A DNA stretch of 64,000 bases. It comes from Candidatus Eiseniibacteriota bacterium. Its GTDB lineage: Bacteria; Eisenbacteria; RBG-16-71-46. The translations under genes were made by a program, and so were the position numbers. The notes below the pieces were generated by a model. That model saw nothing but the letters and a program-made list of their open reading frames with translations, ran no database searches and was not told the origin of the DNA. How positions within the stretch are numbered: position 1 is the stretch's first letter; the number at the start of each line of letters is the position of its first letter. Shown here in pieces: positions 19,320 through 28,742 of this stretch. The DNA lies in assembly GCA_963776245.1 (NCBI GenBank), contig CAVZLN010000003.1:352001-416000 (forward strand). Direction: 5' to 3'.

Positions 19320-20324
19320 TCAGGCGCCCTGCCGGTGGCACTGACGGCACATCTCGCGGAATGTACCGCCGTCTCCCTCGTCTGTCACCGTGCCCGTGCC
19401 CTTCATGTAGATCAGGCCGAACCCGTTGGCATTGCCGTGCGCCTTGTGGCACGTGAAGCACGAGGGCGTCAGGGTGTTGTCCGTCGGCGCCCCGGTCCAC
19501 AGGCCCTGGGAGTCCATCATCTTCAGCCTGTTCGTGTAAGCGGCGTACTGCGTCAGCGAGCTGCCCGTCAGGTTGGCGCCAGCCGTCGGGTGGCGGATGA
19601 AGTCCGTCCCGTTGTTCATGTTGGCGTCGGTCTCCAGACCGTGGAACAGCACGTGGCAGTTCTGGCACCACGCGCCGTACGCGCTGTTGGTGGGATCGGG
19701 CTCGTTGAAGTCCACGTCAGCCGGCCCGTAGCTCGCCGGTCCGCCGCGCTCCCACACGTCCGCCGTCAGGTCGTTGGCGCCCGACACGTAGGTGATGGTG
19801 TCGCCGAAGAAGAGCCCCGCGCTCGTCCGGAACCGGAGATTGCGGTAGGCGACGTTGCCATGCACCGAGTGGCAGGTGGTGCACACCAAGCCGTCGGTCG
19901 AGGGGACGTACAGGCTGCCCGTGCCGCCCGGAGGCGTCGCGGTCGAGAACAGGGTGTGGCCGTCGATCTCGTCGTACCCGGCGGGATTGGTGAGCGGCGG
20001 GTGGCCGGCCGCGACATTGAGACCGCCTGCCTGCCGAGCGGTGCCGGTGATGTTGTCGCCGAACACGTCCGGAGCCCAGGCGATGCCGTCGTGGCACGAG
20101 AGGCAGAGATTCACTTCCGTGTTGCGGAGCAGACGGCCGAACGGGCCACCGGTGCCGAGCGGGGTGTAGATCCCGCCGCTGGTGTAGCCGTGCTGCATGC
20201 TGTAGTGCGCGGTGTGGCAGTCGCTGCAGATGAGCGTCGTGCTCTTGTGGTAATCGCCTGCCATGGCCACGGAGGCCACGCCCACCAGCAGCAGGGCCGG
20301 CAGGAGTACGATCAGGCGCTTCAT
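19320..20324 (-). CDS. OmcS/OmcT-like hexaheme c-type cytochrome (candidate nanowire subunit)
   Basis: Sec signal (AMA-G); 6 CxxCH with OmcS-like context: YH-x6-CSDCHTAH, LL..CLSCH, GH..PPGG..CTTCHSVHG..YRNL, WCQNCH..FH..RHP, CFTCHKAH, CRQCH at the C-terminus. Confidence 0.85.
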   Translation of the reverse strand: MKRLIVLLPALLLVGVASVAMAGDYHKSTTLICSDCHTAHYSMQHGYTSGGIYTPLGTGGPFGRLLRNTEVNLCLSCHDGIAWAPDVFGDNITGTARQAGGLNVAAGHPPLTNPAGYDEIDGHTLFSTATPPGGTGSLYVPSTDGLVCTTCHSVHGNVAYRNLRFRTSAGLFFGDTITYVSGANDLTADVWERGGPASYGPADVDFNEPDPTNSAYGAWCQNCHVLFHGLETDANMNNGTDFIRHPTAGANLTGSSLTQYAAYTNRLKMMDSQGLWTGAPTDNTLTPSCFTCHKAHGNANGFGLIYMKGTGTVTDEGDGGTFREMCRQCHRQGA

Positions 20325-20447
20325 GGATTCACTCCTTCAGTGGACGACTGGAACGGAACTGGGTGTCCGATGGGAACGACCGTGACTACCTGCGGAACCG
20401 AGCGGCACCTCCTTTCGGGCCGCGGGCTGCGGCACGGACGCGCATGA

Positions 20448-21482
20448 TCAGCGTACCCACATCAGCTGGAACCGGCTTCCCGCGTTCTCCGCGAGCGCCA
20501 ACAGTCCCTTGCCATCGCTGGCCAGCGCGCTGGGGTTGATGAACTCACCGAGACCCACCCCGAACCCACCCACTGCCCCCAACAGGCTCCCGGCCGAATC
20601 GAAGACCTGGATCGAATGCCGGATCGCATCGCTCACCCACAACCGCCCATCCCCCGTGACCGCGATGCCCGACGGGAACGAGAAATTGCCGGGACCGATG
20701 TCATGCACACCGAAGCCCCGGATGTAACCACCCCTGGAATCGAAGATCTGGATCGCGAGCTGGGTGCGCGCGCATCCCACCACCACGTCGCCCGCGGGCG
20801 TGAGCGCCATCGAGGAGATGGCCGAGAGCTGTCCGGGGTCGGCCCCCGACGTGCCCCACGCGCCCTTGAACCGGTAGTCCGCGTCGAACTGGTAGATCCG
20901 GCCCTCTTTCCCGCGCGCCGCCACCCAGATGTCGCCGTCGGCGCCCACGGCGAGCACGCCGGGGCCGTGGCCGCCCGCGATGGTGTCGTCCGGCGCCGGC
21001 AGGCGCAGGCGCGCGACGGTGCGGCCGCGATAGTCGACCACGTCGACGTACGAGGCGAGCAGGTCGGAGACGAGGACGTTGCCCTCGCGATCCACCGCGA
21101 GGAACGCCGGCAGCCCGTCATGCGTGTCGGAGCCCGCCGGGCCGGGCACGCGATGGACGAAGTAGCCACGCGGGAAGGTCTTGAGGTCGAAGAACTCGAC
21201 GCGGTGGAGGTTGGTGTTGGCGACCACCACCTCGCCATGCTCGACGTCGAGGGCGATGCCCTGCGGCCCGCTGAAGTAGGCACCGCCGTTCGCGTATCCG
21301 AGCACCAGCACCGAATCGATCCCGGGCTCGTCAGCCGCGCGGCACGGGGTGACCAGCGCACCGATCGACAGGCTGGCCAGGAGCAGGGCACCGCTGGCGC
21401 AGGCCAGACCGCGACCCACCCGCTGGGCGGGGGCTCCGGTCCGGTAAGCCCGCTCGCGAGTCCGGCCCTGCTGACTCGCCAT
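20448..21482 (-). CDS. NHL-repeat beta-propeller protein, exported
   Basis: FSGPQGIALD, FSFPSGIAV..DG.LWVSD...IQVFD and FINPSALA repeats; GGAGGAGG RBS. Confidence 0.9.
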   Translation of the reverse strand: MASQQGRTRERAYRTGAPAQRVGRGLACASGALLLASLSIGALVTPCRAADEPGIDSVLVLGYANGGAYFSGPQGIALDVEHGEVVVANTNLHRVEFFDLKTFPRGYFVHRVPGPAGSDTHDGLPAFLAVDREGNVLVSDLLASYVDVVDYRGRTVARLRLPAPDDTIAGGHGPGVLAVGADGDIWVAARGKEGRIYQFDADYRFKGAWGTSGADPGQLSAISSMALTPAGDVVVGCARTQLAIQIFDSRGGYIRGFGVHDIGPGNFSFPSGIAVTGDGRLWVSDAIRHSIQVFDSAGSLLGAVGGFGVGLGEFINPSALASDGKGLLALAENAGSRFQLMWVR

Positions 21483-21590
21483 GGCGACCTCCTCCGAGGG
21501 GACAGCGCGACTGGCTGCGGTGGTCTGGTCCCACCCGGCTGCGGGAGGGGGACTGGGCGCGGTTCGCGCCTTGTTCCACAGTTCACTAGG

Positions 21591-21605
21591 GCAATGCTTG
21601 TGCCA
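21591..21605 (-). promoter_or_regulatory. Sigma-54 (RpoN) -24/-12 promoter for the cytochrome operon
   Basis: Minus strand TGGCAC-AAGCA-TTGC exactly matches TGGCAC-N5-TTGC, ~110 bp upstream of the NHL start in an AT-richer intergenic region. Confidence 0.85.
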
Positions 21606-21727
21606 TCCGTAGTTACACGGAGTGCACCCCTTGATTATCGACTCAATCCCACTGGGGCGCAACGGATAAGGGGGGCAAGTCCGGGGCGCCCCGGAGAGGC
21701 GATCGATCCCGGCCCGTGGATTCCGGA

Positions 21728-21776
21728 TGACAGGCTGGCATATGTGCCTATCCGCTTCCTGACAGACTGGCCTACG
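21728..21776. repeat. Imperfect 17-bp direct repeat (candidate enhancer-binding-protein sites)
   Basis: TGACAGGCTGGCATATG (21728) and TGACAGACTGGCCTACG (21760), 14/17 identical, 32 bp apart. Confidence 0.5.
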
Positions 21777-22113
21777 CTGAACATTCGCACGCACATGGAG
21801 GGCACGGCGCAGGTGGAATATGATGCCAGCCGCACCGCCTCGGGGGAGCCGGATCCGGCCCCGCGGACCCGGCGCCGCCCGGCCCGCCCCACCCGCACTA
21901 ACTCCGCGCGGTCAGCGAAGGTGCCCGTCGAGGCGGCGGGGCGTCCTCGGCCCTGTCACGAGCGCACACCGCATCGGCCTGTCATGCCCATGACATCGAT
22001 GGCGGGGGCCGATCCGTCGACCCATGCACCCGGTCCACCCCGGGCACGAATCTCGCAGCATGCACGGCGGTCGCTCCGCCGCCGCACGGTTTCAACCCCC
22101 AGAGGTCCATGAC

Positions 22114-24315
22114 ATGAACCCCGGCGATCTGCTGGTCCGACTCGGATTCCTCACCGCTGCGGCTGCGACCGTCCTGTTCTTCCCCGCCCTGCGCGGCCGC
22201 TCGCGCGCCACCGCCGGCGCGTGGGTATTCACCGCGCACACCGCGATGCTCCTGATCGCGCTCGCGCTGCTCGCGTCCCACTTCCTCGCTCATCGATTCG
22301 AATTCGCCTACGTCGCGCAGTATTCGTCGCGCGCGCTCTCGCCCGCGCTCACGTTCGCTGCGCTGTGGGCCGGCCAGGAAGGCAGCATCCTGCTGTGGGC
22401 CGCGATCGGGGGCGCACTCGGCCTGTTCCTGCTGGTGCAGCCCGGGCCGCTGAGCCGCCCGGCGATGTTCTTCGCGAGCCTCGCGCAGGTGTTCCTGAAC
22501 CTCCTGCTGATCGTGCGCAGCCCGTTCGCGCTCAGCGCGGTCGTCCCGCCCGACGGCCAGGGGCTCAATCCCCTGCTCGAGGACCCGTGGATGGTCACGC
22601 ATCCGCCGGTCCTGTTCATCGGCTACGCCGCCATGCTCATGCCCTTCGCGCTCGCGGCCGCCGCCCTGGTGCGCCACGAGTACCGGGACTGGAACCGGCA
22701 GGTGTGGCCATGGACGCTGTTCGCGGTGGTGACCCTCGGCACCGGGATCGTGCTCGGCGGGATCTGGGCCTACAAGACGCTGGGCTGGGGCGGCTACTGG
22801 GGCTGGGACCCGGTCGAGAACGCGTCGCTGGTCCCATGGTTGCTCGCGGTCGCGCTGCTCCACGGACTGCTCATCCAGCGCACGCTCGGTGCCATCGTGC
22901 GCACCAACCTGGTGCTCGCGATGCTCGGCTGGGCGACCACCATCGGCGGCACCTACCTCACCCGCAGCGGCGTGCTCGCCGACTTCTCGGTGCACTCGTT
23001 CCCGGATACCGGGCTCACCCTGCCGCTCACCGCGTGGCTGGTGCTCACCACGTTCTTCGGTGCCGCCATGCTCGGCGCGCGCTGGCGCACCATCGACGCC
23101 AGCAGCGCGAACTGGATGAACGTGAGCCGGGAGACCGCCCTGTGGCTCGGTCTCATGACCGTGCTGGTGTTCGCGGTGCTGGTGGCGATCGGCACCACCA
23201 TGCCGCTGCTCACGTCGATCGCGGGCAGACCCGCGAACGTGCAGAACACGTTCTACCACGGCGTCTCGGTGCCGCTCTGCCTCGCCATCCTGCTGCTCAT
23301 GGCACTCGCGCCCGCGCTGCGCTGGACGCGGCAGCAGGGGCTCTCGTGGCTCACGCTGCTGCCGCCCGGCCTGGTGGCGGGCGTGGTCGCGCTCGGCATC
23401 GCGGTGCCCGCGGGGCTGCGCGATCCGATGTGGCTGGTGCTGCTGTTCGCCACCGCGCTCGCGCTCGGCGTCAATCTGTGGATGGCGATGCGCCTGTTCA
23501 ATCGCGGGTGGATGTTCGGCGCCGGATACCTGGGCCACGTGGGCGTCGCGGTGATGGCGCTCGGCATCGCGGTCTCCGCCTCGATGGGCAGGACGGCGCG
23601 GCTGACGCTGCCACAGGGCCAGCCGGTGACGTCGCTCGGCTACACGCTCACCTTCGCGGGACACCAGACCGACGCGCGCGGCGCCAAGCACCTGGCGGTG
23701 CGCGTCGAAAAGGGCTCCTACGGATTCGACGCCCGCGCCAAGCTCATGGAGTCGCCGCGCGGCGACGGCCTGATCCGCAACCCGGCCATCGACCTGATGC
23801 ACGACATCTACCTGTCGCCGCTCGACGTGAAGAAGCCCGAGGTGACCCCCGAGAACGGTGCGACCTGGCTGCCCAGGAACCAGCGGGTCGAGGTGGCCGG
23901 CGTGGGCTACACGCTCGAGGCTCTCCGCATGGAGAGCGGCAAGGAGATGCGCGCCTATGCCGACATCTCGGTGCAGCGGGGTGACCGGACGATCCGCGTC
24001 TCGCCCTACCTGCTGGCGGGCCCGCAGGGCTCCCAGCCGGTGAGCGCCAGCGTCCCGGAGCTCGGCGAGGTGAGCATCGTGCGCCTCGACGCCGACAACG
24101 GCCGCGTCGCCGCCATGCTCCCGGGCGCGGTGGCCTCCGGCGGCGAGATCGCGCTGGTGGAGTTCAGCACCAAGCCGCTGGTGAACCTGGTGTGGATCGG
24201 CGCGCTCCTCACGCTCCTCGGCGCGGCGTTGGCGGGGATACGGCGCGCCTCCGAGCAGCGCGCCCAGGCCACGCGAGCGCCGCGGGTCGCGCAGGTGAGT
24301 CCGCAGACCGCCTGA
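22114..24315 (+). CDS. ccmF: Cytochrome c heme lyase CcmF/NrfE family
   Basis: WAGQEGS.LLW, GLNPLL..PWM..HPP, WGGYWGWDPVENASL (WWD domain), LTRSG and SVHSF motifs. Confidence 0.92.
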   Translation: MNPGDLLVRLGFLTAAAATVLFFPALRGRSRATAGAWVFTAHTAMLLIALALLASHFLAHRFEFAYVAQYSSRALSPALTFAALWAGQEGSILLWAAIGGALGLFLLVQPGPLSRPAMFFASLAQVFLNLLLIVRSPFALSAVVPPDGQGLNPLLEDPWMVTHPPVLFIGYAAMLMPFALAAAALVRHEYRDWNRQVWPWTLFAVVTLGTGIVLGGIWAYKTLGWGGYWGWDPVENASLVPWLLAVALLHGLLIQRTLGAIVRTNLVLAMLGWATTIGGTYLTRSGVLADFSVHSFPDTGLTLPLTAWLVLTTFFGAAMLGARWRTIDASSANWMNVSRETALWLGLMTVLVFAVLVAIGTTMPLLTSIAGRPANVQNTFYHGVSVPLCLAILLLMALAPALRWTRQQGLSWLTLLPPGLVAGVVALGIAVPAGLRDPMWLVLLFATALALGVNLWMAMRLFNRGWMFGAGYLGHVGVAVMALGIAVSASMGRTARLTLPQGQPVTSLGYTLTFAGHQTDARGAKHLAVRVEKGSYGFDARAKLMESPRGDGLIRNPAIDLMHDIYLSPLDVKKPEVTPENGATWLPRNQRVEVAGVGYTLEALRMESGKEMRAYADISVQRGDRTIRVSPYLLAGPQGSQPVSASVPELGEVSIVRLDADNGRVAAMLPGAVASGGEIALVEFSTKPLVNLVWIGALLTLLGAALAGIRRASEQRAQATRAPRVAQVSPQTA

Positions 24316-24526
24316 CGGTCGGGGAGGTCGCGCGCCCGCGGGTCCGGTCACGGATCCGCGGGCGTTCCCTTTTCAACGCACACACGTTTTTCCGCTGACG
24401 CGGACGCGTGGACCCGCTAGGTTGACGGCGGACGCGGGCCACCGAGGGTCCGCTTTCCGCAGTCGCTCCCGCGCGCGGCAGCCCCCGTGCGCCAGGTCGC
24501 CACACCCCAGGGACGAGGTGCCCCCC

Positions 24527-26629
24527 ATGCGATGGTCTCCGATCCTTCGCGCGCTGTTCGCTGTCCGCTCCCTACGCGCCCCGCTGCTCGCCATGGTCGC
24601 CGCGCTCACCGTGCCGGTCGCCGCGCTCGCGCTCACCGGCAACGGGAAACTCCAGATCCACCACATCGATGTCGGCCAGGGCGACGGCATGCTGCTGGTC
24701 TCCCCCAGCGGACAGACCGCGCTGTTCGACGACGGCAACTACCTGAACTGCAGCGGCATCAAGGCCTACCTCCAGGGGCTCGGTGTCACCTCGGTGGACT
24801 ACCATTTCTGCAGCCACTACCACTCCGACCACCTCGGCTGCATCGACGACCTCGCCGCCGTGAACATCGTGATCGGCACGGCCGGGTGGGATCGCGGGTA
24901 CTCGTACTCGTCCGGGACCTACACCGCCTACGTCACCACCCTCGGCGCCCGGCGCCGCACGCTCGTCAAGGGCCAGGTCGTCACCCTCGACTCGCTCGCG
25001 GCCGACCCCGTGCGCATCACCTGCGTGGATCTCAACGGCGCGGGCGTGTACTCGCCCACCGGGGCCGACGAGAACTCCAAGAGCGTGGTCCTCAAGGTGA
25101 CCTATGGCGCGTTCGACGAGGTCATCGCCGGGGACCTGACCGGCGATCCGGCCAGCGGCAATGATGTCGAGACCACGGTCGGGCCCGAGGTGGGCGACGT
25201 GGAGGTCTACAAGGTCCACCACCACGGCTCGCGCTACTCGAGCAATGACAACTGGCTCACCGCGGTGACGCCCGAGGTGGGGATCATCCAGGTCGGCAAT
25301 GGCAACTCGTACGGCCACCCGACACTCGACGCGCTCACGCGCCTGCACAACCACGGCGTGAAGACCTATTGGACCGAGACGGGCGCGGGCGCCACACCCG
25401 ATCCGGCGTGGGACAAGGTCGCCAACGGCGCGGTGGTGGTGGAGGCCGTCCCGACCGCGGGGGGCACCTTCACCGTGACCGGCAACGGCTTCGCCGACAA
25501 CTACACCATCGGCGGCGGGGGTGGCCCGGTCTACTCGAGCGACACCCGCGTGGCTTCCTCCGTCACGATGCTCCAGGGCACCGTGACCTCCGGCTCGGTC
25601 GCCAACCTGGCGGCCAACGACGCCTCCCGCACGACGGTCACGTCCGCCAAGGTGGGCACCACCTACCGGACCGACTGGTACGGGTCGGTGGTGCTCGCCC
25701 ATCCCGCCACCTCGCTCACGCTGACGTACGACGGGAATCACTCGGTGAGTCGCACGCAGACGCTGCACCTCTGGAACTGGACCACCAGCGCGTGGGTCCA
25801 GGTGGACCAGGCCACCGTGAGCACCAGCGACGTCACGCGCAGCTTCACCACCACGAGCCCGGCGGTCTATGTCTCGCCGGCCGGGGAGGTGCGCGTGCGC
25901 GTGCTCGCCAACACCCGGTCGTCCTCGTACACCTGCCGCGCCGACTACCTCGCCATCCGCTACCAGTACCTGCAGGGCACGGGGATCACCCTGCCGATCG
26001 CCGACTTCCGCGCCTGGCCGGCCATCGAGGATCGCGACCGGCTCTATCTTCCGCAGTCGGTCCTGCTGCGGGCGGACGCGGCGGCGGACGAGCGCGGCGC
26101 GGTGCTCACCTGGTCGGTGCTGAAGACCGATCACGTGGACGGGTTCAACGTCTACCGCGAGGATGGCGAGGGGAACCGGGTGCATGTCGGCGAGGAGGCG
26201 CTCATCGACCTGGCCGGGAGCGAAGCGGTGTTCCGCTACGTCGACCCCGCGGGCGCGGCGCTCGGGGGGACCTACTGGCTCGGGGCGCGCTCGTGCTCGG
26301 GGCCCGAAGGCCTGATCGGGCCATTCCAGGTCGTGCCATCCTCCGGCGCGACGGAGCTCGCGCTGGCAGTGAGTCCGAACCCGGCGCCGCGGGCGGCGCG
26401 GCTGTCGTTCACTCTGCCTCGCGAGTCCGCGGTGCGACTGTCGGTGTTCGACCTGCAGGGCCGTCGGGTGGCGACGCCGTTCGCCGGGCTCGCGCCGGCC
26501 GGTCCCAACGCGGTGGAGTGGAGCCTGCGGGACGAGAGCGGCCAGCGCGTCCGGCCCGGGCTCTACTTCGCGCGGTTCGAGGGTCTGGGGCGCACGTGGG
26601 TGACGCGGGTGATCGTGACCGACCGTTAA
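24527..26629 (+). CDS. Secreted ComEC-type metallo-beta-lactamase-fold hydrolase with beta-sandwich and FlgD-Ig C-terminal domain
   Basis: [24 protein letters not shown] and NSYGHP motifs; C-terminal PNP..F.L..V.L.VFD.QGR.V..PGLYF. Confidence 0.8.
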   Translation: MRWSPILRALFAVRSLRAPLLAMVAALTVPVAALALTGNGKLQIHHIDVGQGDGMLLVSPSGQTALFDDGNYLNCSGIKAYLQGLGVTSVDYHFCSHYHSDHLGCIDDLAAVNIVIGTAGWDRGYSYSSGTYTAYVTTLGARRRTLVKGQVVTLDSLAADPVRITCVDLNGAGVYSPTGADENSKSVVLKVTYGAFDEVIAGDLTGDPASGNDVETTVGPEVGDVEVYKVHHHGSRYSSNDNWLTAVTPEVGIIQVGNGNSYGHPTLDALTRLHNHGVKTYWTETGAGATPDPAWDKVANGAVVVEAVPTAGGTFTVTGNGFADNYTIGGGGGPVYSSDTRVASSVTMLQGTVTSGSVANLAANDASRTTVTSAKVGTTYRTDWYGSVVLAHPATSLTLTYDGNHSVSRTQTLHLWNWTTSAWVQVDQATVSTSDVTRSFTTTSPAVYVSPAGEVRVRVLANTRSSSYTCRADYLAIRYQYLQGTGITLPIADFRAWPAIEDRDRLYLPQSVLLRADAAADERGAVLTWSVLKTDHVDGFNVYREDGEGNRVHVGEEALIDLAGSEAVFRYVDPAGAALGGTYWLGARSCSGPEGLIGPFQVVPSSGATELALAVSPNPAPRAARLSFTLPRESAVRLSVFDLQGRRVATPFAGLAPAGPNAVEWSLRDESGQRVRPGLYFARFEGLGRTWVTRVIVTDR

Positions 26630-26708
26630 ACCCGCGGTGCCGGGGCTGTCCGTGCGAGCGACCGCGCGCATGGACAGCCCTTGCGCCGCGACCTACCATG
26701 CCCCATCC

Positions 26709-28640
26709 ATGAGCGCGCCCTCCACCACGTCCTCGCCCGGACCGTTCCTCACCGACTACGACCTGCACCTGTTCTCCGAAGGCACGCACGACCGGCTCTA
26801 CGACAAGCTCGGAGCGCACCTCGTCTCGGTGGACGGCCGTGCCGGTACGCGCTTCGCCGTGTGGGCTCCCAACGCCCGCGCGGTCTGGGTGATCGGCGAC
26901 TTCAACGGCTGGCAGCCCGGCGTCCACGGTCTGGCGCCGCGCGGGTCGTCCGGCGTCTGGGAGGGCTTCGTCCCCGGGGTCGGCCACGGCGCGCTCTACA
27001 AGTTCCGCATCGAGTCGCAACACCATGGCTTCGCGGCCGAGAAATCCGACCCGTTCGCGTTCCACGCCGAGTTGCGGCCGCGAACCGCCTCGGTGGTGTG
27101 GAACCTCGACGGCTACACGTGGGACGACGCGGGGTGGCTGGCGCAGCGCAGGAACGCGCATCGCCTCGACGCGCCGATCTCGATCTACGAGGTCCACCTC
27201 GGTTCGTGGATGCGCGTCCCGGAGGACGGCCACCGCTGGATGACCTACCGCGAGCTGGCGCCCCGGCTCGCCGCGTACGCGAAGGAACAGGGCTTCACCC
27301 ACGTCGAGCTGATGCCGATCACCGAGCATCCGCTCGATGGCTCGTGGGGCTATCAGACCACCGGCTACTTCGCCCCGACCAGCCGGTTCGGCACGCCCCA
27401 GGACTTCATGCACCTGGTCGACGTGCTGCACCAGCACGGCCTGGGCGTGATCCTCGACTGGGTGCCGGCGCATTTCCCGACCGACGGCCATGGCCTCGCC
27501 TACTTCGACGGCACGCACCTCTACGAGCACCAGGACCCGCGGCTCGGCCGGCACGAGGACTGGGGCACGCTCATCTACAACTACGGGCGCACCGAGGTCG
27601 CGAACTTCCTGATCTCGAACGCGCTCTTCTGGCTCGACCGTTACCACCTCGACGGGCTGCGCGTGGACGCGGTCGCCTCGATGCTCTACCTCGACTACTC
27701 GCGTAAGGCCGGGGAATGGGTCCCGAACGCGTTCGGCGGCCGCGAGAACCTCGCGGCGATCGCGTTCCTGCGGCGGCTGAACGAACGCGTGTACGGGCTG
27801 TTCCCCGACGTGATCACGTACGCCGAGGAATCCACCGCGTGGCCGGCGGTGTCGCGGCCGACCTACGTGGGCGGCCTCGGGTTCGGGCTCAAGTGGGACA
27901 TGGGGTGGATGCACGACACCCTGGTGTACGTCAGCAAGGATCCCATCCACCGGCGCTACCACCACGACCAGATCACCTTCCGCATGCTGTACGCGTTCAC
28001 CGAGAACTTCGTGCTCCCGCTCTCGCACGACGAGGTGGTGCACGGCAAGGGCTCGCTGCTCGACAAGATGCCCGGCGACCTGTGGCAGAAGTTCGCCAAC
28101 CTGCGCCTGCTGTTCGGCGACATGTTCGCGCAGCCCGGCAAGAAGCTCGTGTTCATGGGCGGCGAGATCGCGCAATGGCGGGAGTGGGGCCACGACACCA
28201 GTCTCGAATGGCACCTGCTCGAGCACGCGCCCCACCGCGGCGTGCAGCGCTGGGTGCGCGATCTGAACACCTTCTATCGCGGCTGCGCCGCGATGCACGA
28301 AGCCGACGCCGACGCGAGCGGCTTCGAGTGGGTGGACTGCCACGACGGCGACGCCAGCACGCTCTCGTTCCTGCGCCGGGGGCGCAGCCCGGACGATGTG
28401 GTGCTGTGCGTGTTCAATTTCACGCCCGTGCCGCGCGCGGGCTACCGCGTCGGGGTGCCGTGGGGCGGGCGGTGGGACGAGGTGCTGAACAGCGACGCCA
28501 CGCTGTACGGCGGCAGCGGCATGGGCAACGCCGGCGGAGTGCAGGCCGAGCCGGTGCCCCACCACGGCCGGCCGTGCTCGCTGCACATCACCGCGCCGCC
28601 GCTCGCGATGGTGGCGTTCCGGGGCCGGCGCTCCGGCTGA
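26709..28640 (+). CDS. glgB: 1,4-alpha-glucan branching enzyme
   Basis: [47 protein letters not shown] and [10 protein letters not shown] motifs. Confidence 0.96.
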   Translation: MSAPSTTSSPGPFLTDYDLHLFSEGTHDRLYDKLGAHLVSVDGRAGTRFAVWAPNARAVWVIGDFNGWQPGVHGLAPRGSSGVWEGFVPGVGHGALYKFRIESQHHGFAAEKSDPFAFHAELRPRTASVVWNLDGYTWDDAGWLAQRRNAHRLDAPISIYEVHLGSWMRVPEDGHRWMTYRELAPRLAAYAKEQGFTHVELMPITEHPLDGSWGYQTTGYFAPTSRFGTPQDFMHLVDVLHQHGLGVILDWVPAHFPTDGHGLAYFDGTHLYEHQDPRLGRHEDWGTLIYNYGRTEVANFLISNALFWLDRYHLDGLRVDAVASMLYLDYSRKAGEWVPNAFGGRENLAAIAFLRRLNERVYGLFPDVITYAEESTAWPAVSRPTYVGGLGFGLKWDMGWMHDTLVYVSKDPIHRRYHHDQITFRMLYAFTENFVLPLSHDEVVHGKGSLLDKMPGDLWQKFANLRLLFGDMFAQPGKKLVFMGGEIAQWREWGHDTSLEWHLLEHAPHRGVQRWVRDLNTFYRGCAAMHEADADASGFEWVDCHDGDASTLSFLRRGRSPDDVVLCVFNFTPVPRAGYRVGVPWGGRWDEVLNSDATLYGGSGMGNAGGVQAEPVPHHGRPCSLHITAPPLAMVAFRGRRSG

Positions 28641-28742
28641 GCGCGCCACCGACCGCCCCCCGGCTCCCGGGCGCTCGGGGGGACCGGGCGCACGGCACGA
28701 GGCCGCGCGCCCGATCTTCGGCCGGATCGCCTCCGGCCACTC

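Noticed and set aside
20325..21590. GEMM-I (c-di-GMP/cGAMP) riboswitch upstream of the OmcS-like or NHL gene, as known for Geobacter omcS
   Set aside because: I could not find the GEMM core motifs by eye in either leader; an Infernal scan would settle it.
21631..21646. FNR/CRP-like site TTGATTATCGACTCAA
   Set aside because: Spacing and right half do not fit TTGAT-N4-ATCAA.
24527..26629. Competence channel ComEC
   Set aside because: Only the soluble MBL domain is present; there is no multi-TM competence domain.
28651..28690. GC-rich inverted repeats between convergent genes (also near 33110-33140 and 45785-45810)
   Set aside because: Imperfect stems without U-tracts, expected by chance at this GC content.
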